Below are positions 13,001-24,335 of a DNA stretch of 64,000 nt, piece by piece. This stretch comes from Lepidodermella squamata (lineage: Eukaryota; Animalia; Gastrotricha): assembly GCA_047495785.1 (NCBI GenBank), contig JBLDXI010000032.1, forward strand, positions 2,046,001-2,110,000, in the 5' to 3' direction. Under the pieces are notes generated by a model, which saw only the letters and a list, made by a program, of their open reading frames with translations, ran no database searches and was not told where the DNA came from. The position numbers were made by a program, and so were the translations under genes. Numbering within the stretch: the stretch's first letter is position 1; every line of letters starts with the position of its first letter.

Positions 13001-14400
13001 ATCAACTGCTCGACAAGGTGGTCGCGAGAATCAGTTCCATCGCCAACATTTGTTCGAACATTGCCGGAAAACACGGCGACGGGTTTTGAAGCTTCGATTA
13101 GAGTCCCGGTAAGATCGCATGGGTCCTGCACCTGGAGCACCTCGAAGGGTGACAGGGTGACTGAGAAGGTCTCGCCGTTGCGATATTCGTTGCCATCAGG
13201 CATTTTCACGATACAAGACTTGGCTTTCGGCTTAGCGGCATCAGGGCCTAGTCGGACAGTGTCATTGTCGGGCAGGGTGATGTTCTATAGAGAAATAAAA
13301 AAGTAGGTAAATGATAGGGTGATAAAAGGGTGATTAGGGTGAATAGGGTGACTAAAGTGATCAGGGTGACTAGGGTGACTAGGGTGACTCTTGATTCCAT
13401 AGGTACGGAAATCACCCAAAAAGGGTTCGAGATCTCCATTTAACTTACAACGATAGTTGAGCCAATAGAGTCAGTTGAAGCCACGGCGAATTCGCAGGCA
13501 TAGAAAGAGGGTGAGTAACAGGCGGCGAAATAGCGCCGGCCAAGCGATGAAACCGGAACGCCGAGAAACGCATCGCCCGTGAAGTGTTCCTTGTTCGACC
13601 CAACCGCATAGAATTTCGACCCGTCATCGGAATAAATTTTAACCGCCTTCTTCTCAATCACAGCCGCGCCTGTTTTAAGTTCCCGAATTTTAGTGACGTC
13701 ACTCAATTTCCAATGAGGCGGGAGTTCGAATAACTGCGGCGTGTTGGGTGTTACAATTTTCGTAGTTTTCACTGTTGAACTGCTGATTCCTAACGCTAGG
13801 CCCGAGTCGGTGTTAGTAGCGGGTATGTAGCTAGATTCATTGCCGTGAACAGCTGTTTCCAGGGTGACTGAGAAGCTGTTCGCATCAGGGCTATTCTGCG
13901 CGACGTAGATTTGCAGGTTCATCTTCCGCGGCTGTTGCGGTCGATTGGCCATGAACGCGAAGACAAACTCGCGGCCGGCGTTGTTGCGCTCGCAGGCGTT
14001 GCTGCCCTTCTGATAGAACACCTTATCCGCACCGGCTGGTTGCAGCATGCCGCGTTTGTCGCACTGCTTTTGACTGACATATTGGCACGTGGAAGTTTGA
14101 CCTGGTTTCGTGGACAGCTCGAAGTTGAACCCGGTGCAGGTTGAATTTGCCGAGCAGGTTCGAACGCAGTTAGCGAAGGTGGTCGGGAACGCATCGTCCT
14201 TGCCATCGGCATTTTCGACCGGGCAATAAAACGCAGGGTGTTTCGAATAGCCGGGCGATGCGGGGGCTGAGTGAATAAAATACCGATTATTTCGGGAATA
14301 TTTACCGATTTTTTTTACCTTTTATGAAGCTGGATGCATTCGCTCCCGAATTTTTCAAGACAAATATTACAGAACAGGTTAATATTGATAAATTAATCAT
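10069..14400 (-). CDS. Secreted mosaic protein: IgGFc-binding (FCGBP) N-terminal domain, MopE-like DNDCDGLIDE repeats, SUEL/Gal-lectin, F5/8 type C (discoidin), two sushi/CCP domains
   Basis: Seven exons, approx 14400-14319, 14266-13448, 13285-12620, 12420-11532, ~11060-10684, ~10635-10490, ~10433-10069. Motifs GREFVFAFMAN, DLTGTLIEASKPVAVFSGN, DHLVEQLMP, ADPSM, DNDCDGLIDEE/DDDNDGRIDEDC, IKVLSAHFGR..ACDNQTAC, WL.MDLG..VTG.IIQGR..WV, C.G.WAP.PP.C. Confidence 0.85.
13313..13390. repeat. Intronic 9-bp minisatellite (TAGGGTGAY)n
   Basis: About 8 imperfect copies of tagggtgac/t. Confidence 0.8.
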
Positions 14401-15340
14401 TTCTTTTGTTAATAATAAATGGCAAACTGAATTTTTAGACGTGCAAAAATGAAATTAGGAAATTAGCCGCGAGCTATAAGTGTGAGAAATTTTGTGAAAA
14501 ATTTTCAATTTCTCAGCTGAAGTGGTGTTGTTTGAAGATATTTATTCATAAAAACTCCCGGCTCTTATCATTCATTTATTTATTTATTATTTATTATAAT
14601 TGCGAGCGAGCGCTGCGGATGTTTATTGACGGCGCTGTTAAATGCGCGTGCGTGATTGCGGCCTGACACCTTGGCTCAGACGCGGCGCGCACTTGCAGAC
14701 AAGCGCGCGCGCGCTCATGATGACGATGGGTCCCACAGCGCCCGTGCGCGCACCTGTTTGACGCGCGCGCGTGACCCAAATCGGCGGCTGACCTTTATTA
14801 GCTGCGATGCTCACTTAAACGCGGCTGTGGATAAAACTTAGTGCAAAGGTATAAACATCATGAAGAGCCTTAAACAATTACATTGATACCTTTTGCGACT
14901 TGTCAAAATGGCGTAAAATTTATAGTCGCCATAAATCTATATTGGCGTCAAATCATCCCTTTCGCGACAAGCACGCTGTCGCAATGTCACATAAAATGAA
15001 ACAAATCTATTACACAATGATCTCATTTTATTTACTCTCAAAATAATAATAATAATAACACCATTAAAAAATAAATTATTATTATATACGTGAGAAGCGA
15101 TAACAAAGAAAGCCTCGAACCCATACAAGACTTCGAAATTGGCTATAAATGACGTTTTTTTGATTAACATATTTTGATTGAAATTATTTTACATTTCGAG
15201 ATCACAAAAGTTTTTTCATCTTACCATGAGCGGAAAATAGTTTGGTTGCAAAAAAAATGAATCAAGAGATGTGCTTGAATCTAAATTTTTTTACTAGTTT
15301 TATGGCTAGGAATTTGTATATATCAATTAGGTCATTTGTT

Positions 15341-18239
15341 TCAGAAAGCAGCTGTTGCGACTAGATTGCTGAAAATTGCAGCGATTAGGATTGCCACGAC
15401 TCCAGCTGATAGAGACACCGCCCCGCATGGCTGGTAAGGATAGCCGGCGTAGCCAGGGTAAGCCTGGAGTCCTGAAGCCTGGAGCCCAGATGCCGCCCAA
15501 CCCGCCCAAGCTGGGTTGACACCCGCAGCCCCCGCTGTCCACGCCGCAACAGCACCCACAGGTGGGACATTCCCGCCCCACGCGCCCCAAGATGCCTGGG
15601 CCTGGGGGACGGGTTGGTACTGCGGGACTGGGTAGTTCGGAGGGCCGTAGTCGACCCATTGCCCGCCCCAGGCCTGGCGCTGGACGTTGGCCCTCGGTGA
15701 GTTGGTCGGTTCCGATCGCGGCTGGAACCTGCTGTTACTCGGGCCGTTGTTACTACCACTCGGTGGCTCGTCATAAAACGGCCTGAGGAACGGTTGAGCT
15801 TGCCAAGGTTGAGGCTGAGGTTGAGCCTGCCAGGGTTGCGGCTGTGGCTGGGCCTGCCAGGGTTGTGGCTGGGGCTGGGGTTGCCACTGGGGTTGAGGCT
15901 GGGGCTGAGGTTGAACCCAAGGTTGAGGCTGGAACGGTGGTTGAGTTTGCATTGGCTGAGGCTGGACCCAGGGTTGAGGATCGTTGCCTGGTAGCGAACC
16001 CTGGCCATTGACGTAGACAACAGGTGGGGGAGGTGGGGTGGGCGGCGGTGGTGGGGTGAAGAACCGGCACGTTCCCATAGCATCGTCATCCGGGTACCGT
16101 TCAGCCTTGCACCGGCTGCAGACTAGCCCCGGCGAGCAGACCTGAACCGAGGCCTGGGTGTCAGCATCGGCCTGGCTGAGCGGGCTCAAATGGCACGCGC
16201 TGCCTTTCTGCACAACGTCGAATTTGCCGTTCCTCAAACAGTACTTACGGCTGGCGACTTGGATGGTATCGTCTTGTTGGTTGTAGACGAGGTAGGTGTA
16301 GTCGAAGGTTGAAAACCCGCGACCGCACATGCAATAGCCGTTTTCGCAGGTAACTGATCCAGTGATTCGAGGGTAGTAGAGCTTATTATCACAGTCGGTT
16401 GTAGCAACACACTGATCGCCGAAATCCTCTGAAAAATAAATAAATTTTTAAAAACTATTCAAAAAACTTCAAAAATTCGAAAATTCGAAATTTTAAATTT
16501 TGAAAATTTTAAATCGACAATGCGACCCATTTACAATTTTTCTGATTTTTTTTTAATTAATCGTTCATTTTTTGTAAATTAACTGAACTTACTGGTACGG
16601 CATGTGTTTCCGTCCCAGATGTAATTCGGAAGGTTGGGACAGCTGCAACGGCCGCTTCGGCATTGAAGGCCCCGAGACACATCGCACATGGTTTTGATAT
16701 CGTTAGGATCACATTCTTCCTGGTAGGACCGCCATTCCGCATTATTGGTGCAATTTCCATCATAATCCTAAAAATTAATAAAATTTAAAAATGATTCCAA
16801 AAAATTGAAAAAATTGAAAAAAATTTGAAAAAATTAATTAATGATTATTTAATTTTTTCAGATTTTTAGAAAAATTTTACCTCAAGGAAAGGAAGATTGC
16901 ACTTGACTTCAGTGTCCAAATTCGGCTTGACCTCGCAAGTCGCACCATAGGGCAACACCTCGTTGTAAGTGTAATGCGAGAAAGGATCCGATTTAGTGTC
17001 ATGAATCATGCACCGGTCGCCTAGCCATAGCTGGAAACGCGGCGTGCAACGGCTGTACCGATCCATGAAATACCCGGTATTATGGTTACATTCGCAAACA
17101 CCCCGTTCACAAGGCGGGTCGAACATCTCGATTTGCCGGGTGCATCGCAAATTATTGGCGCCGCCATTGCCGCCGTAGTTGTAGCACTCGCTGTCCTCGT
17201 TACACGACATTTCGCGGCAAATACCTGTGTTCGATTTGCCTAGGTCGCGGTAACAAGGCCGGCAAAACGCGCGTTTATGGCAAACGTTCATCGAAATGCG
17301 ATCGCTGTAACGTTCAGGTGTCATGGTGCATTCACCCCCGGTCGGGACGTAGGTGTTCGTGCCAGATACGACGCAAATTCTCTTCGAGTAAGTTGACTTG
17401 GAGGTTTCGTTGTAGTACAGCGTGTCGATGGGTTCGTAGCCAGACTGGCATCGGCACCGACCCATGCGGCATTCGAACCCGGTCGAGGCGAAATAGCCGC
17501 TGTTACATTCTTCATGTTCCTGGCACGTATCTGCATATCGTCTCGGTCGGCAAAACCCAAGGCCATCGTCGTAGATGTTCGGCTTGACCGCGCATTTGCA
17601 CACCCTGTTGATACAGGCGAGGCCGCGTAGGGTGTCACAAACTGTTCTCGAATTATCGCACGCCTCGCCTGGCCCGACAACAATGACAGGTGGCAGCGAA
17701 GGCATGGGCGGTAGGGTGGGCTGAGTTTGGGGCACGACGACCACGATTGGCGGGGCTGGGGTGCTTGGCAACGGCCTGGCGATGCACATGCCGTATTGCT
17801 CGGTGTACGAAGCTAGGTTGCATACAACGTGAGTTCCGTTGCAGAATGAACCTTCGATCGGGTACCGTTCATTTGCTCGACCAATGCACAAATCGCGTAA
17901 ATTCAGTGATACAACTAAGAAAAATTGTTTAATTTAAAAATTAAAGTTCGAAAAATTTCACTCACTTGGTAAACAGGTTCCATTTTCAATCCTAACAGTG
18001 CCATCCCTGCAGGCGCAGGTGCCGTAATGTTCGCAGATGGGCCAGAAAAGAGGCATGCCGTTGTCGAAATCGGGCATGATGCAAACTTCATTGATGCGGC
18101 AATCGCTTGGCCGGCGGCATTCAACCGCGATTCCACCTGAAGATATGAGCGAGAGCGATGTGTTGCCATATCGCACGGTTTGAGCATAGCTGGAACCGAT
18201 AACGGCTAAGAAGGTTACCAGAGATAATCTGGTACTCAT
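15341..18239 (-). CDS. GPI-anchored Cys-rich (EB-module-like) surface protein, paralog A, with (QP)nW stalk
   Basis: Exons 18239-17966, 17914-16881, 16767-16593, 16428-15341. Signal peptide, Cys modules (WPICEHYGTC, GFECRMGRCRC, DPPCERGVCEC), Pro/Gln/Trp repeats, hydrophobic C-terminus with no cytoplasmic tail. Confidence 0.8.
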
Positions 18240-19881
18240 AATTTAAAGCCTAATCAACTCTAAAAATATGTATCGAGATGAAAATCGCGAATTTACGAGA
18301 GTTTTTAGAAGGCACGGAAGGGATATAAAAATATTATTATTTCGCCCTTAAAAAGAAGGCTATAGCTGAAAAATTTGCGTTTTATACGCATATTTATTTT
18401 CGACAATTTCTTTCATTATTATTATTATTATTATTATTACCTATTTTACGTTTGATTTCGCTGAATTCCGCCTGATTTATATACGCGACTCTCGTTACCA
18501 TGCTGACTCTTCCTGCCGTGATGTCAAAACAAAGACCGCGTTGTTACGGGTTACGGCGCACTTTTCGCATATCTTGCGCGCGCGCGCATAAATAAAAGTG
18601 CGCGCAATTTTATTACTATTATTATTATATCAGGGTCGCCTTGAAAACGATACGCGCTCACGCACACCTACTAAGCAACGCGCGTTGCCACTACACACGG
18701 GCGCGTAACTTGGGCCGAGTCATACCTCCTGGCCATGAAGTGGCTGGCCAGTCGAAAAAAATCGATGAATTATTTAACAATCTTATTTTATTTATTCTTT
18801 TCACTCGCAAGCCGGAATAATGACCCAAGTATATATAAATCTTGTGAGGATTAGCCGGTCGGATAAAAAGTAGCCGCTTTTATTATAATGAACCGCCGCT
18901 TGTTATTTATAGCCGATTCGCTTCGTCGCACCGCCGTGAAAAATGCTGTTCAAGTGGCCGCGATAAATTGCTGTTATTCTTCAGTTTGATTCTCGCCTTT
19001 TCAAATATTCGGTCAACGCACCTGGCAAGCCCCGGAAATTTCTGTGTGAAAATAAAATAATACTGAAAATTTGATGAGTGCGCCCCACCTCGAAAAAAGT
19101 CCGCCGAATTTTGTCACGTCATCTTTTATTACTCAAAATAAAATTCTTCGATATCAATCAAGATTTAGCTGTCCAGCGAAACAGAAACGCGCTCTCGGTA
19201 TAAAATCAGGCATACATTATGTCACCGTTTGACAGCCACAACAAAATCACATCACTATAGTGTATTTTCACCTCAAACACAAGCCGCGTTTTTCCTTCTT
19301 TTTGCTGAAACAGTGTTGGCAAAAGCAAAAAAATCAAAAGTTCAATAAACGTGAGAAAACACTTTTTTGAAAGAAGAAATCGCTAGACTTGGTCGAAAAA
19401 TAAAATCGGTGCTATTCTTCATCAACAACAGAACCACAGAATCGTCCATAAAAACTCTCTCACGTGTGTGTAATCTCACAGTCCAAACGTCCATCAATAT
19501 CGAAGTGAAAAAAATGATGATTGAAATCAGGTGTGCGTGACCCGAAAAAAAGTGATTGTTGAACAAAAAATTCAAATTTTGTGCGAGCACGTCAAGAAAA
19601 TCAGTGTTCAGCGTGATGATATGACAATGAATGTACCTCATAATTATAAACAAAAGCAGCGTTTCAATTTCACTAGTTTCGCTACCCTTTATTGTAACGA
19701 CATCAAAATTTGTTCCTAATATTCGAAATTTTATACATTAATAACAGGAGGAGTGAGACGTTAATAATAGCAGAACAAAAGTGCCGTCACATAAAACTAC
19801 ATTCAGGCGATTTTTGCTCGAAGAGAAAAGTGTAAAAATTTGAAAAGATGAGTGCTACAGAGTAATGGAGTTGATTTGAAT

Positions 19882-22800
19882 TTAGAGCAGGGCTGCGCAC
19901 AGGACAACGAGGGCGATGACGGCGGTTTGGCTGACGAGGCTCGAGGCGCTGTTCCAGCGGCCCCATTGACCCCATTGACCCCAGTTGCCACCGTTATTCC
20001 AGCTGCCACCCCAGTTGCCGCCCCAGTTGCCGCCCCAGTTGCCACCGTTGCCACCCCAGTTGCTGCCGGTGTTACCGCCGGTGTTACCACCAACGTTGTT
20101 GCACGGGCGAGTCGGAACCGGGTGAGTATCTGGGATCCCAGAAACTTGACCTGTTTTGAAAATATAAATAAAGTTAAAATCAATCTTAAAAAAAGGGGAA
20201 ACGAAATTCGAAAAGTTGGGGAAATTAAAAATTTTATTATTTTAATTTTTCAAATTTTAATTTTTAATTTTGAAAACTTGAACTTTATTTTTAAATTTTT
20301 TAAAAATTAAAAAGTTAAAAAAGTTTGAAATTTAAAATAAAATGTTGAAAAATCAAGAAAAATCGGCGAAAATTGGGATAAAATCAGGGACAAATAACAA
20401 ATTAGTGCATAATGAAGAAACTTACGGCAGATGCCACGGGCTTCATCATCAGGCGAGTAGTCGATCGGGCAGCGCATGCAGATGAGGCCTGAGCCGCAGA
20501 CGAGAGGAGCAACGATGCGCTTGACGACGGTCTGCTCACCGTACTGGTAGTTGTCGCAGCTGCGGCCGATCGGGTTCAGGTCGCACTCCTGGCCCTTGCC
20601 GACGACGGTGACGTTGCGGAAGCAGTAGCTGACGGTGGTGCGCTCGATGCTGATGCGGTTGCCGCCGTTGTTGATCGACGAGGCGTTGCTGAACTGGACG
20701 AGGCGGGTGCCTTCACCGCAGCCGCACTGGTTGTTGACGCAGTAGCCGCCGCAGCAGTCAGCGTTTGAGTCGCAGCGGTCGCCGAGCTGGCCCTTGACGC
20801 GGCACCGGTTGCCGTCCCAGTAGGTGACGCTGCCGGTCGAGCCGGAGCTGGTGCAGCCGACGTAGCTGGCGCTGCAGGTCTGCGCGGCGCACAGGCAGCG
20901 GCCGGTGGTGTCGCACTTCAAGCCACGCGACGAGTCGCATCGCTTCAGGTTGAGGCGGTCATCGGTGTCGTCGCAGGTCTGGTTGTAGCCGATCCACTGA
21001 TACAGCTGGTTTTGCTGGTCGTCGTTGGCGATGCAGTTGCCGTCGGCGTCTTCAATCAGAGGCAGCTTGCACTTGATGTGGCCCCAGTTGTAGCCGGCAA
21101 TGTTGATGCCGTTGACGTCGGACGAGCTGGACGAGCTGCTCGAGCTGCTCCAGGTGTTGCGGTTGTAGTCGGCGACGCACTCGCGGTTGTCGGCCCAGTC
21201 TTCGTTGTTGGGGTACCATTCGTGGAGCTGGCTAGCGGCATCGGGGACGATGCAACGGTCGCCGAGGTTCAAGTTCTGGTAAGCTGCGCAGCGGCTGAAG
21301 CGATCCTGGAAACAATAATTAATTCAAAATTAAGGTGGATGTATTAATTCATCTTAAAAATCTTATTTTAGTTTTAAAATTTATGACAGTAATAAAAAAA
21401 ATAATAAAAAAAATAAAAAAAGGAAAAAGTAAAGGTTCTGGCGAGGTTCGAACTCGCGACCTTCTCCGTGTGAAGGAGACGTGATAACCACTACACTACA
21501 GAACCTTCGCATAATACGTTGTTATTGAGGGGCAGTATATTGATAGTGCCGCGCCCACTAACCAACTGCTGGCTACTCATTTGTTTACTTTAATGCATCG
21601 CTAATCCAATTTGAGTAAGGGAGCAACTTATCTGAGCATTTTACCCTCTTTTTGAACTCTCCCTTAGATTAATTGTTAAGGAAATATTACTATTGCATTC
21701 TCACCTTGTAGTAGCCGTTGTTCCAGTTGCAATCACACATGCCACGTTCGCATGGCGGGTCGATCTGAACACCCCAGTTGTTGCACTGGCCGTTGTTGCC
21801 GCACTCGCCGTTGCCGGAGCAAGTCCGTTCGCGGCAGACACCCCATGTGCGGGTGGTGGTCGAACCAGCGGTGTAGCTGCTGCGGGCGCCGTAGCACAAG
21901 TGGCAGAAGGCGCGGGGGTGGCAGACGCGGGTGTCGTTCTTGTCAGCCCACAGGTGAGGCTCCATGGTGCAGACGCGGCCAGTCGGAACCCAGTTGATGG
22001 CGCCGGAGCTGATGCAGATGCGCCACGTGTAGGTGGTGCGGGTGGTTTCGTTCCAGAACTGGTTGTCGTGGGGCTCGTAGCCGGTGGCGCAGCGGCATCG
22101 GCCGAGGCGGCACACGTAGCCAGTGTTCGAGATGAGACCAGATCCGCACTCTTCATCAGCCGTACAATAGTCGCCGTAGCGGCGCGGGCGGCAGGCGCCT
22201 CCATCGAAGATGTCGGTCTTGCGCTCGCAGCGGCACTGGCTGTAGGTCGAGTTGGAGCCCTTCTGTTGGCAGGTGAGGCCGAATCCAGAGCAGCACAGTC
22301 TGCCGGTCTCGCAGTACTGCAAGTAGCCGACGTTCTGGCACGTGACGGTCGGGACGACAACAGTGACAGCTGGGACCGAGGCAACGGTGGGTTGCGGGAC
22401 CAACTGGCAGTTTGAGCCCTTCAGTTCCCATAGAGGCGAGTTGCAGACGACCTTGCCACCGTCGCATTTGTGCTCGGCGCGGATGCGCTCCCATACGTTC
22501 GGGCCGCAGTTGTCATTGAGGTTGAGGTCACGGTCTATAATTATTACAAAAAAATCCAGCTTAAAATACTGATACTTTTTTTTTAATTCTTAAATTCTTA
22601 TTTGAAATTTCAAATTTCAAACTTGATAAAATTAGTAATCTACTCGATAGATTTTTGGAAAATTAATTTCAAACTTAATTAATCTACAAAATTTCATTTC
22701 AAAAATTTAAAATTAATATTAAAATTTCGAAATATTTTGAGAAATTGAAAAAATCTAAAATTTTAATATTTTTTTTAAATAAAATTTTAGGTATTTTCTA

Positions 22801-23237
22801 GAGTTTAGTTTTAGAGTGACTTACATGGCATGCAGGTGCTGTTGGTCGAGTACCACACGTAGCCGCTGACGCACTGGCAATAACCAACATGGGGGCATGG
22901 CGGCCACATAGCCGGGTATTGGAGCGAGGCGTGGTCGTACATGAGGCAGCTAGCGTTCGGCACGCAGTCGACATTCTTGTTGCACGTAGTGCCTGTGCCC
23001 AATGACGAAGTCGACGACTGGCCCTCTGTATAAATAATTTGATATCAAAACTAAACCGATTTTTGATAGATTCTAAAACTCACGGGCATGCAGGGCGAGA
23101 CACGAAATTAAGACCTGGTAAATTAAAACAAAATTATTAGCTCGATGTATCTAGGTCAAGTGATTTATCGATCGTGCTATCAGAAATTCCGATCGATATA
23201 CTGTAAAATGTTAGCGACTTACCAACTTGAAGATCAT
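19882..23237 (-). CDS. GPI-anchored Cys-rich (EB-module-like) surface protein, paralog B, with GGNW/GQW stalk
   Basis: Exons approx 23237-23223 (MIFKL), 23114-23084, 23025-22825, 22535-21706, 21306-20425, 20150-19882. Same Cys modules (WPPCPHVGYC, DPPCERGMCDC, KCKLPLIED). C-terminus reads ...GGNWGGNWGGSWNNGGNWGQWGQWGRWNSASSLVSQTAVIALVVLCAALL*. Confidence 0.8.
21433..21505 (-). tRNA. trnV-CAC: tRNA-Val (anticodon CAC), intronic
   Basis: Reverse complement GGTTCTGTAGTGTAGTGGTTATCACGTCTCCTTCACACGGAGAAGGTCGCGAGTTCGAACCTCGCCAGAACCT folds into a cloverleaf: acceptor GGTTCTG/CAGAACC, anticodon stem TCTCC/GGAGA, T-arm GCGAG/CTCGC. T-runs follow downstream. Confidence 0.96.
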
Positions 23238-24335
23238 CTTCGAAGGGGTTGAACAAACGGTAGCAGATGCGCACGAAAGTGCTTAAAACGCGATAGGTAA
23301 AGGCTGGGCTTTTAAAGCCGTTGCTCGGCACCTGTGTTTGGTTTTGACAACGTGTCATGGCTAGCCAAGGTAACAACAACTCCGTGTTTCGGGCCGGCGA
23401 TGCGCTACAGTCAATGTGCCTTATTTTGGTTTCTTTTCTACCGTGTTGCCAGCCTACGATGTGAATACAACGGCGTATACCAGGACATCAGAAATAAGAG
23501 CGTTTTATATAGCCTTTGATCCCTGGTCAAAGGCCTGAAAAGATTAATGGAAATTCGGACGCTAACACGCGTGATAATGTTGCGCGCATCGCCAAGACGA
23601 CGCGCTTTGAGGTGGTTGCAAAAAAATGTTTCAATTTATTGCCGCGCTGATATTTACATCAGTGTCTATTTTTGGAACAGGAATACTCGGACTGCGAGAA
23701 CATTTTTCCTTTACTGCCCCAGTTTCACCCGATCGAATTTTAGCAAAACTCGGGTATAAATACCCGGAAATAGCATGTCCAGCTTAATGGTTCGAGAAAG
23801 GTTATAACGAAATATTGTCCCTAATTAAATAATAGAATAAAATTGAAATAAATGAGCCTGAAATTCGAAATTTAAAACCACCGTATAAGAAAAATTGAGT
23901 CAAATTTGCTCTATATCCCCGATATCCCCGATTGTGAAGTAGCATCTAAATTTATGACTAAAATGTTTAAAATGAACGCCCCTTTTCACCGTTTTTGATC
24001 TCTTTTATTCGCTTCGCCTTTTGTTGTCGAAAAACACATTTTTTCAAACATCAGCGTCGTTTATCAGAGGAAGACAAGAGACATTGATGTCGTCGAGGAG
24101 CAATATCAACGCAAGATCTAAAAATATCTTCATTCAATTCATTTGCTGTCCATCACATAGGATAAATCAGAGCAACAAACCGCGAAATTGAAAAAATAAC
24201 TAAAATTTGATAGATTTGTTATCAGCAGCTATAATTTTACAACACGAGGCTATAACATAGTTTCGAAGTTTAATATGTTTATAACGAGAGACAATATCAT
24301 GAAAACATGTAGCATGCTGTGATGATGGTGCTGGC

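Noticed and set aside
13313-13390. Telomere-like repeat
   Set aside because: Period is 9 bp (TAGGGTGAY), not TTAGGG; ordinary intronic minisatellite. The ccctaacccta at ~30601 is also too short to count.
14594-14841. (CG)n-rich patch (also 18570-18710)
   Set aside because: Probably upstream regulatory DNA of the adjacent minus-strand genes; no definable element or credible ORF.
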